Shown piece after piece: positions 54,301 to 64,000 of a stretch of DNA of 64,000 nt. The stretch lies in assembly GCA_964035545.1 (NCBI GenBank), contig OZ037771.1:3545628-3609627 (forward strand), written 5' to 3'. Source of the DNA: Bugula neritina (lineage: Eukaryota; Animalia; Bryozoa). The notes beneath the pieces are model-generated. The model was given only the letters and a program-made list of their open reading frames with translations, did no database searches and was not told where the DNA came from. Position numbers and translations under genes: made by a program. Position 1 is the first letter of the stretch, and the number at the start of each line of letters is the position of its first letter.

Positions 54301-54760
54301 CAGCCGTGGTCTAGGGGTTAGAGCACTGGCCTAGTAAACACGAGGTCAATGGTTTGAATCTCAAGAAAATCTATTGGTGATGTTAGGAAGAGCATCCAGT
54401 CATATTTGCTCCTTTGCCACAATAGAAAACAAACCCTTAGCTTACTTAAAACAACCCTTTCCATCAAGGGTTTTCACAGGGATGGTGACAATAAACCCAC
54501 ATGAGTTTCATCGTGTTATGAGAGTATAAATTATAATATATTGTATCATGTCTTGTAATGATGCTATAGTGTTTTATTGACTATGTTTCAGGCAGAAGAA
54601 TATTCCACGTTTAAAGTCATTCTGGGTGTCACACAGTTATTACGAGGCTGCTGACACATACTTCAACAACAGGGTCAGCGAGTCAGCAGCGAGCTCTGCC
54701 CGGTCTGCCGTCTCTCGCTCTCCTTCTACCACCTCAGTGGACAGCAGAGATAGCCTGTGA
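36439..54760 (+). CDS. VWA3B: von Willebrand factor A domain-containing protein 3B-like (two VWA modules, C-terminal Tudor-like/DUF4537 repeats)
   Basis: Roughly 30 in-frame GT-AG exons run from [17 protein letters not shown] (36439-36490) to ...DSRDSL* (54760). Diagnostic segments: [78 protein letters not shown]...[55 protein letters not shown]. The first two exons are less certain than the rest. Confidence 0.9.
39980..40240. repeat. 13-bp TCATATCATCATG minisatellite upstream of a VWA3B acceptor
   Basis: Visible array; it produces three spurious [13 protein letters not shown] ORFs. Confidence 0.9.
44893..45190. repeat. 25-bp minisatellite TGTAATAGAGTATAGGATATATTAA (about 11 copies)
   Basis: Visible array in a VWA3B intron. 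Confidence 0.9.
46871..47097. repeat. 53-bp minisatellite (about 4.3 copies) just after a VWA3B donor
   Basis: ATCATACTAATACACTAGCTTATGGCAGGTCTGTGTGTCACTGCTGTGATGTC units start at 46871, 46924, 46977, 47030 and 47083. Confidence 0.9.
49757..49870 (+). repeat. 14-bp tandem repeat ACTTACCTTGATAT directly after a VWA3B donor
   Basis: About 6-7 copies, starting at 49757, 49771, 49785, 49799, 49813, 49827 and 49857. Confidence 0.9.
54296..54530 (+). mobile_element. tRNA-derived SINE, copy 2 (most complete)
   Basis: GGGAGCAGCCGTGGTCTAGGGGTTAGAGC (A box), GGTTTGAATCTC (B-box-like), central GATGTTAGGAAGAGCATCCAGTCATA and 3' CACAGGGATGGTGAC..TAAAC..CATGAGTT, shared with the other copies. Confidence 0.85.
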
Positions 54761-54870
54761 CTCTACTCTTAGTATTACATTAGCCTGTGGTCCTGCTATT
54801 AGTATTACAATAGCCTGTGGTCCTGCTTTTAGTATTACAATAGCTTGTGGTCCTACTATTAGTATTACAA
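54751..54870 (+). repeat. 30-bp tandem repeat (4 copies) starting across the VWA3B stop codon
   Basis: TAGCCTGTG(A/G)...TTAGTATTACA units; only the first carries the TGA stop. Confidence 0.9.
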
Positions 54871-56220
54871 GCTAAGTAACAGACAGATTTTTTGATAATA
54901 TTGGAAATAATGACCGATACATGCTATCTTTCTTCTCTTCCTTTTTGAACAAGTCTTTACTTCACTTTCTATCAGATCCACACAGGGTGTTATACTATAA
55001 CTTTGATCTGTTAGCCACACTATTCAATTAATTTTCATAACTCAAGTGAAACTTGTGTTCTGAATCTGCTATTTTATTAAAACTTTGCAATGTTTCATGT
55101 TTTCCTAACCCTTTCCTGTTATTTGTCTCATGTTGCACCAGCTATGTTATGTACACAGAGCTGCCATTGTTATGTAACAGCGATTAGACAACTCCTGGGA
55201 GATATTACAGGAAATTGTGTGCAAATGAGATATTTCATTCATAATTTATATAATTTACTAGCTTGTTTTTGTCTTCTAAAGACTTTCATTTGATTTGTTT
55301 CTTTTTGCACCCCCCTCCCCCCGCTTGTGTTTATTTATATTCAGGTGTGTCAGAAGCATCTTTCTTTATATTAGGTAACTGCTCCTTATTACAGTTTTAG
55401 ACCTACAATAAAGCAACTTGGTACTGATGTATACAATACTTCATGGTACTTGTAGCTTATGACAAATTTTAATGTGTTTACTTTTTTATAAACTTCTCTC
55501 ATGTTTCTTTAGATACATGTATTTTATATTTTTCTAATGCAAGGTATTTCTGCTTGCTTTCAGGCATTATATACTTGATTTTTGTTTAACTTATTTTCTT
55601 AATTTTCAATGCGTAGTATGATTTGAAAATAAACTGAAAATCTAAAACAAACGCTGTTGTAATTATCTCAAAGTGTTGCTTGTGAATGCATTTGTTCAAT
55701 ATGCTATATATGCAGACTGTTGAATATGTTAGCTAATTGAATTTGGTTTAGTAAATTTTGTAAAAAACAAAAACATATTGCAAAAAATCTATTTCTTATT
55801 TGATGCCATGTAATGCAATACAATATTTTCTGATCTAATAATGCTCAATATAGGAACTTCTGGGTTTATTATCTTGTATTTTTGTAAAGATGGCAGTTAA
55901 GGTTGTTTGAAAGGACGCTCCATTGTTTTTAGAGGTGACTCTAAACCTTTATATGAAAGAAATAAGAGTGGTAAACAATAAGTATAACAAATATTTGTAT
56001 TATAATTAGCCACAACGATGTCAATATAAATAATATATTGTATACTAGAGAAAGAGTAACATTTGCAAAAAATTTTTTTAAAAACTGAAATGAATATTAC
56101 ATTTTATTGCTATCAGGCTTGTATAGCTTTTTCGCTCTACTATCTGTTAAAAATCAATTACAGTTTACAAAGATTTTGGTGTATCTAATTTAGAACCTTC
56201 CATGGGTTTAGCAAAAGAAT

Positions 56221-57968
56221 TTACATTTCCTCATTAGTCTCTGCAAACTCTCTAGCATCCGGTCTTATAATCATGTCATAAATTTCTCCTCTTTTTATTA
56301 TTTTTCTCCCAAGCTGAGAAGGAGCTGAATTTTTGTTGCCGGTAGTTCGCTTGTACTCGGGTCCATTGCGTGTGTGCTTCTTTGAAATATGCAGAATGTT
56401 TTGCATGCAGTTATTGCCCGAGCTCTCTCCAGAATTCTCTTTTTCAGGAGCCTCTGCATTCTACAACACAGTTAAACACATTAAACACATTTTCACTGAT
56501 AGTTGAATAATAGTACCGCCAAGCTAGTGTTGTTTGTCAGTCATGGTTTACATCTTTGTGATAAAAATTAAAACTTTCTATTTTTTTCAATGTAGTATAT
56601 AACAGATATACAGAAAGGGAGCAGGGTCTATACACGAGGTCATGGGTTTGAACCCAGACAAAAGCCTTTAGTGATGTTAGGAAGAGCATCCAGTCATAAT
56701 TGCTCCTGTGCCTAATTTAAATAAGTCCTTAGCCCGTTTTAGCAAAACTCCTAATTCCATCAGGTGTTTCTCACAGGGATGGTGACTATAAACATGCGTG
56801 AGTTTTTATAACAGATATATAGAAATTACCAATAAATGGTATAAATGGTGTGCTTCAAGAGAGTTTAACCCTCTCCATATTCTACCCTGTTCAGTCATAG
56901 TGTCTTCATGCGTAGCACCTGGTAGGTGGATGTCATTCGAAGCACCTGTTGAATGTGTGTCAGGTTGTCTGGCCAAACCATCATACAGTTTCACAGCATC
57001 GAGAAATGTCTTGCTATCAGTTAACTTTTTGTCTAGTGCCTGCAAGAAGAATATTTGTTTTTATGCAAGATACATAATACATAATATACATTCTAGAGAG
57101 TTGACAATAGAATATAAACTCTGCTAGCATAGTGCGGTAAAAGAAGTCACAAGCACATATATAAACATATAAAATATTACTTACAACTTTATCATAAAGC
57201 TCTTGCAATTTGTCTTTCTGGCTCTTAGTTAATGGTGCCAAAGATCTATTCCTGAAAGTAGAAAACACTGGATGAAAACCTACTCTTGTGCAATGCATGT
57301 TTATGACTTATATGTACCGCTAATGTAATGATTTTAAACTTATAAATTGTTAAGTTTTCCTCTACATAATATAAGATACTTTTTCCAAAAAAGCCAATTC
57401 TCATCTAATTTTTATAGTTATAATTTACAACTTCACCATTTTTTTTTTGGAAATGGTCTAGTGTAAGCTGATCACATTATGCATTCTCATTGTCAAGCAA
57501 ATTTGCTGCAATTTTTTGTATGTGCATCTATTAGTTTATTAACAAAATTGCTAAACTATGTTGAATGAGTCATTAATAAGTTAGTTATAACATATGAACA
57601 ACTACCTGTCAAGCAATTTTCAAAGCATATGTGAACAGTTGATTTATATTTCAGTGTTTCAAGCCACATTAGGACGAGGTCATACTTACATTGGACTGTA
57701 GTATATTCTTTTGTATTCTTCAACATCTGAAATATATGGTAAATTTTAAAGTAATATAATTTAATCTTTTGTTTCCCAAACTCATCAAACTTTTCTAAGT
57801 CAAAATAAAAAATTTATTTTAGCTAAAAAAACTTACATTCTGATAATAGTCTGACTGATATTTAAGAATTAGAAAGTGTATTTACTCACCACTGTTGAAT
57901 GGCAACGCAGCAGCAGCCATGAAGAATACAGCCAATAGAAACAAAGATGATGTCATCTTCTGAGTCAT
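56221..57968 (-). CDS. Uncharacterised secreted protein, about 210 aa; possible peptide precursor
   Basis: Exons 57968-57890, 57726-57690, 57251-57185, 57039-56830 and 56460-56221 join in frame (633 nt) with canonical sites. The N-terminus is signal-peptide-like (MTQKMTSSLFLLAVFFMAAAA-LP). I recognise no domain. The exon 4 donor is the least certain boundary. Confidence 0.72.
56617..56812 (+). mobile_element. tRNA-derived SINE, copy 3 (internal deletion in the head)
   Basis: ACACGAGGTCATGGGTTTGAACCC, GATGTTAGGAAGAGCATCCAGTCATA and CACAGGGATGGTGACTATAAAC match copy 2. Confidence 0.85.
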
Positions 57969-60539
57969 TGCGTCCTTGAGAGAAAACTAACTGCAGTGAA
58001 CATGCAAGGGTGAGAATTGAGTGCACAAGCATAATAAAAAAAATATAACAACTCTCATTTGTTATTTGATGTTATTAATTTGTATCTAAAAAGCTTATAA
58101 AAACTTTGGTAGTCAACTATACAGCTTTTTTGTCTATGGCAGGAAAAATTACATTGTAAATACAACATAAGTTAGCAAATTGTTACAATCCAATATATAG
58201 AATAAAGCTTAAAAGGTGTTTTGCACCATAACCCTGTTTTACACCATTAAAATACTTGAAATTATCAACTTTTCCTAATGTAAAAATATGTGCACGGTGA
58301 TATATATATTCTATGTTAAAAGGAAGCAAATTGTGCCCCAGAGATTATTTACACCTTTTACTGGACGTTTCTAGAAGAATTCGTATAAAATTTGCACTAC
58401 CGAATAAGCATTCTATAGTGATATAAAACCTGTTATGGGCAAAGTATCTATCTAAATATGGAACTTTTAAACATGGTATATTCTAAAGTTTCAACAAAAT
58501 TATATAAAAAATAATTTATAACAAACTATTTATAAATTTTGTCTAGATTATGCATATAAAATCTACTAAGAAAATAACAAAAGCAACTTATGCAAATTAA
58601 TTTCAAACACTTACCTTTAAAAATATGATCAAAAGTTTGTTCTATAGTATTCTTGAAGAAACTGGAATATACTAAATGTATGCTGCATCAGTTTGTATTT
58701 ATACTTGTTCTGTGTTATAATGACTGAATAGAGAAAAAGGCATGTACAGCCGCCTACTTATAAACATATGAATAGAGTAATTTATTTACACAGCTTAATG
58801 ACGAAATGTTACAGTGACAAATGCAGCAATTATCAGGTATTCTCTGTTGATGCAGGTTGACACGTGATACATTGAAACTATTACACCTCCGGTGTATGAT
58901 TGTTGGATGCTTAACCTTTTAGTTTTTAAATACAATAGCCAGTGTACAAACTTAAATGTCAAAGAAGCAATACTAATCTTGAAATGTCATTTTGCAAAAT
59001 TACATATATTACAGCTAGAGTCAAACATTTTATCACGCAAGTCATGCCTTTTCTGTAATAATATTCTATTTAATTATTCAAACCTGTACAACAAATTCAG
59101 CAAGTTAATTATAAGGTTTTGAGTTTAATAAAATTGGTACATCTAACCATAGTTTTACTGTTTTGCTGTCAATGTGCTACCTTCTACTATCTGTTATTAC
59201 TTGCCACTTCATGCTACCTTCTGTACTATATACCCATCACCACCTGTTAGTACCTGCTACTATATGTCACTAACTACCTGCCACCGCCTGTCACTACCTG
59301 CTACTATTAATCAGCGCTGCTAAATTCTTTTAGCTAGAAAATGTAATGTTAAATCAAAATAATATTTTTTAATAATTCAGGCAATTACCATGTAAAAGGA
59401 TATATATAAAGATACAACTGAGAAATAGAAAAATTTCTAATGCAATATAAATAGTTACAAAGTCATCAAAATCAGGTGCTGGTTCTAAATTATCCTGATA
59501 GCCTATTAGTCTCAAAGATTCCTCTTATTTGGTTGTATAATTTTTTGACATTATCACAGGTTGAACTTCATTGTAAAAAAGCATTATTAAAGGTATAACT
59601 TAATGTTGCTTTAAATTACAAAATTAGGTAAAACTATGTTTATAATACTAATATTGCTCAATTTCATTAAAATTTTATTTACAAGGAATAATTTTAAAAA
59701 CAAAGTTAAAAAAAAATGAATTAACTTTTTTTTTAATTTACTGGCTAGTGTACTATTGTTGCATGCATACTCCAAGTTATTTAAATTCTTTGATATTTAC
59801 ACAAATTTTGAATTAAACGATACTGGTGGTTCCATTTATTTAATTTTGATATGTAAGTATATCTATTTTTGGTATCTACATTTTATAATGTCTATTTTCA
59901 TAAATTTGCTCTTTCCACAGCACATGATACCATATTTTATTATGAAAATTTTATTGCTAATTGTGATAGCATTATAACATGACTTTGCTTATTGTTGTGA
60001 TACACAAGCAGAGTGGTATCACAATAATAAACAGTGTAATTTCTTTGGCTTCATTAGAATTACTTAACTAGGTTTTCCCAAAAAGATGGTAGTGCAATTA
60101 ATAAAACTGCATGAATACTTGAAAATTACATAAAATTATACATAAAAAATACAGCATAGTAAATTGCTGCAAGCTTGTATGACAAAGCATTATCCTAATA
60201 TGGAAGTCCCAAACCATACCTGTCTAAAAACTGGTCATTTTGGTATTTTATATGTTTAATAACTTGACATAATAATGAGAGCTAACAAGTGTCTTTCTTA
60301 CCTGAGCAGCATTATATAATATAATATAACAACATAATTCTATTGATAGAGTATCATAACCCTGGCATCAACTTATAATTTGGTTTGGAGCAGCTGAGAG
60401 CAGTTCTGCTCTGTGTCAGTTTTGAGTTTAATGCTACAGAGTTTTGTCCAAGTGTAGGAGTTCAAGCCACCCAAGACTCAAAAATGTGCACTAGCTGCTA
60501 ACTTGAATATCTTTGTATCAGAATTACTACTGTAGAGCC

Positions 60540-63500
60540 ATGTCTTCCCTACAAAGATCCATCAGTTCTGAGTATATACCCAATCAGCCGGTTGGCTTAC
60601 AGTTCTTCCCACCAGAGATTCCAGCCGGAGGTCTCCATGACTACAACATGTATCTGGCTGCCACCTCGTCAGCCCACAACGTCTCCAGATATGATCTCTC
60701 TGGGTGGAATCGAATTCCCCCAGATACTGAAGAGATACATGGAAGTTCACACTACATCCACCCTGCCCATTTGAGAGGACCTTATGAAATTACTCATGAT
60801 AACCAGGTATTACTGAAAAAAAGCAATAATATTATATATAATTACTTTGGAAAAGATATTAGGTAATTGTTTAAATAATATGTTTATATAGTTTCCTAAA
60901 GATTATTTTATAATTATATTTCTTGTCACATTTGTTATCATGCATTAAAATCTTTGATACTTACATTTTACTTTTAAAACTATACTGGGAAAGTGGAATA
61001 TCACCATTACTCTAATGTATATATAAAAAAGGATAACATACTTATTTTAGCCCTAGTCTTTATTATAATACAAGTACATTCTATATTGAAATGAAATGCA
61101 CAACATTCATAACTAGCGCAAGTTTGAGTTACTATGACTTTTGTGCATTTTATTTCAATATAGAATGTACTTGTATTATAATAAAGATTAGGGGTAAAAT
61201 GTGTTATCCTTTTCTATATATACATTAGAGTAATGGTGATATTCCACTTTCTCAGTATAGTTTTAAAGAGGTTATTATAATACAAGCACATTCTCTATTG
61301 AAATAAAATGAACAAAAGTAATAGTTATAAACATACCATTTCAGACACTGAAAGTCATCAGTTTTATGTACGCCTTAATTTCTTTAATCTGCCCTTCAAA
61401 ATTTTTGATGAGATGTAATTCTAATTGTACATAATAAGCAGACTTAAAATGCGATAAAGAAATTTTAGATAAGATTTTCTCATGCACTCTTGTTTCTAAG
61501 AACTGCTAATCGGCTTTGAAGAGAGGGTGACTTTGCCAATTGGCTGTTACCAGGTGCAATAATGTGCTGTTATTATGTAACTCATAGAGTGAAGATGTTC
61601 ATAAGCTAGAGAGTACTTAGGTGTAATGCTGAAATGAATGTAAAATGGTAAACATTGTAATATATGAATTTAATCTGCTTTAACATTGTTTCTGTCATTT
61701 CTGGTGATTAGTAGAGTAATTTTGACTTTGTATGCACTTTAGCCGATTATAGCATGTTTCAGTTTTTCACTTTCTGATGAAGTTACCAGTTGGCGATGAA
61801 CATAGCAAATAATAGAACTAATGTGCTAAATATTATCATTATCCTGAGTTACTAACTCTCAGGTTGACTGTCACGGATCTCCATTTGCATCTACCTTCTG
61901 TCATTCGTACACATTCCTTGTAGCTCAAATATTTGTCCGCCAATAAACATTTTATAAAAAATAATTTTAATAGAAATCTATAGTCAGCTTTCTTTTTCAG
62001 AAAATATTTGGCAGCACACAATAATGACTTGCTATAATATATATTATAATATTTATAATATATATTATAGCCAACAAGAGTACCTATCAGTACTAAGTGC
62101 ATGTTGTAGGAGAGGATAACTCTTCGGTACATCACTTGTGACTGAGTGCAATGTTAATACATAATACAAGGCACCTAAATTACACAGTTAGTTTATGACT
62201 GGTTTAAACAAACAGTTTGTTCACACTTGATTACTTTTATCTTAAAAAACTAACTGCTTACAGGTTGTGCCTAGTATCTCCATACCTTCAACCTCTGAAG
62301 CTCACCAAAGCTGTTACGAAACTGACTACAGATCTTTCACAAACACTTCAACACATGCAGTGGTCAGTTTAACAGGGAGAAACAACTTTTACGACCAAGC
62401 ACTCGAAAATTCAAATGTAGAACGGAAGGAGTTATCTTGCCACAACACAGCTAAATCATTAAAGGTAGATTCCAGAAAAGAAATGTATAACAACTCATGT
62501 GGGTGTATATAGCTGCCATCTCTAGTAGAAAAAGTCTTTTGTAAGCGAACTGAGGACTTGTTTTCTATTGGGACAAAAATACCCTTTCTAACATCATCAA
62601 TGGCTCTTACTGGGATTCGAACCACTAGCCTTGTGTTTACCAAGTACTCTAACTACTAGACCATTGCTTTACCCAGAAATGGAATTTAACTAAAAATCAA
62701 AGTGTAAAATCATAGCTGCAGTTTATAAAAAGAAAAGTTAAGTAGTTTTACTACACAGCAATTATTTTTAATGCCATATTCAAAAATCATTTTCAAAGAT
62801 GCTCTACAATAATAAAAGTAACACAAGATGTAAGCATAAGTGCTTAGCCAATTTTGCATAGTTTGTGAAAATGTTTGCCCAGGAGTCTGTTTCAACATGG
62901 CGGATGCAGTGTATGGAGTGCAATAGAAGGTTCAATTCTCACACAACTCTACAGAATCACATAGATGCAGCTCACAAGGGAATTAGACCTTTCCAGTGTA
63001 AAATCTGTGACAAAACATTTGCCCAAAGTGCCACTTTGCGGACGCACATGAGGTACAACTCCTAAACACTGTAATATTTATTTACAATTTTATGATCTAT
63101 CATACGTGCCTAAATGTATGCGTATAGATATTATTTTCCTGTCATAAAATCTCAAGTTCTGTAAGTGGGTCATTTTACTTAATTTAGTACACACTGGATA
63201 TCTTCAGTTTTTGGCTATTTTTCACAATTTAGCTGGTAATGAACATGGTTTTTTGGCAAAAACTAGTAAAACATCAATAAATACACCTAAATAATCAAAG
63301 TTATTTTTAATTTTGCTTCATTTTTCATGTTTTTCCCTAATTATTCAGCTAGTTTTGGTTATGGACCGTTACTGTTTTTTTGTAACGTCTGTACATATAG
63401 AATATTAAGTGCATATGACAATGACCTGTGCTTTAATGTTGGAGAATCCCCTCCCAGCCTTTTCTGTTATGCGTAGTTGAGACCAGCACATAAAAATACC

Positions 63501-64000
63501 ATGTATAATAAATTTCAATTGCTTTTGAGCAAACTTTAATGTTAGGTCATAAGTTGCTGGTGTGTACTAAATGAAGTAAACTGGCTCAAGTATTTTTCAA
63601 TCCGTGAAACTTATTTACAGAAAAAAAAGTAGTTATATATATTTTTTAATAGATGAAGTTTTGTTGAATTTTATCTTTTTTTATATCAAAGCAGGCTTTA
63701 CTGTTCTATCATTTATTTTTTATTATATGTACTCATTATATTATATTTTTCTACATAAAATATACTTTCTTTGCACTACATTTGTAATAATTTCCAAGGT
63801 AGTCTTGGAGTGTTTAGCAAAATATATTTGGCATTTTTCCCTGTTAATAATTTATTTTCTTAATTATAATTGTAGGGTACACACAGGCGAAAAGCCGTAT
63901 AAATGCCAAATATGTCAGCGTCAATTTGCCGACTTATCAACTTGCAAAAAGCATCAGAGAGTACACGATGGACAGAAACCCTACGAGTGTAACATCTGTA
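60540..64000 (+). CDS. C2H2 zinc-finger transcription factor, 3' incomplete; fingers resemble glass/CHE-1
   Basis: Exons 60540-60806, 62264-62464, 62883-63052 and 63876->64000 join in frame. Fingers: CMECNRRFNSHTTLQNHIDAAH, CKICDKTFAQSATLRTHMRVH-TGEKPY-KCQICQRQFADLSTCKKHQRVH-DGQKPY-ECNIC. Confidence 0.88.
60973..61267. mobile_element. Palindromic MITE-like element (about 295-bp imperfect hairpin) in intron 1 of the zinc-finger gene
   Basis: TTTAAAACTATACTGGGAAAGTGGAATATCACCATTACTCTAATGTATAT is mirrored by ATATACATTAGAGTAATGGTGATATTCCACTTTCTCAGTATAGTTTTAAA. The inner arms also pair. A partial extra arm follows at about 61272-61325. Confidence 0.8.
62487..62668 (-). mobile_element. tRNA-derived SINE, copy 4
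   Basis: The reverse strand reads TGGTCTAGTAGTTAGAG...TAAACACAAGGCTAGTGGTTCGAATCCC (canonical B box)...GATGTTAGAAAGGG...AATAGAAAACAAGTCCT...ACCCACATGAGTT. Confidence 0.8.

Noticed and set aside
54296-54370. Possible tRNA gene
   Set aside because: No complete cloverleaf; it continues into sequence shared with dispersed SINE copies.
61774-61806. Hammerhead-ribozyme-like CTGATGA-stem-GAAC
   Set aside because: The GAAA core is broken, stem II is mismatched, and I could not build stems I and III. At most it is a decayed relic.

Overview
AT-rich, intron-rich animal genomic DNA, probably a lophotrochozoan-type invertebrate; the species cannot be fixed from sequence alone. I assembled six spliced protein-coding genes by hand from GT-AG boundaries and reading-frame continuity. 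(1) A Dbs/MCF2L-type RhoGEF (Sec14-spectrin-DH-PH-SH3, +, 1498-21424) with a degenerate DH motif. (2) A phospholipid scramblase (PLSCR family, -, 22921-28875). (3) A compact MSL2 (RING+CXC, -, 33599-35107). (4) VWA3B (+, 36439-54760), head-to-head with MSL2. (5) An orphan secreted protein with prohormone-like cleavage sites (-, 56221-57968). (6) A C2H2 zinc-finger gene with glass-like fingers (+, 60540 to beyond the window). Mobile DNA includes a non-autonomous foldback element with an 8-bp TSD (30642-32435, hAT-like), a palindromic MITE-like element and four copies of a tRNA-derived SINE. The most interesting signals concern splicing. The scramblase has a pair of duplicated 140-nt mutually exclusive exons that differ in the Cys palmitoylation motif and are flanked by competing complementary intron elements. 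Tandem repeats built from splice junctions also recur, including 12 stacked acceptor copies (7 reading AG|GTGAGT) and an antisense U1-like array behind a donor. Most ORFs in the supplied track are microsatellite artefacts or exon fragments. All gene calls rest on motif recall, not database searches.
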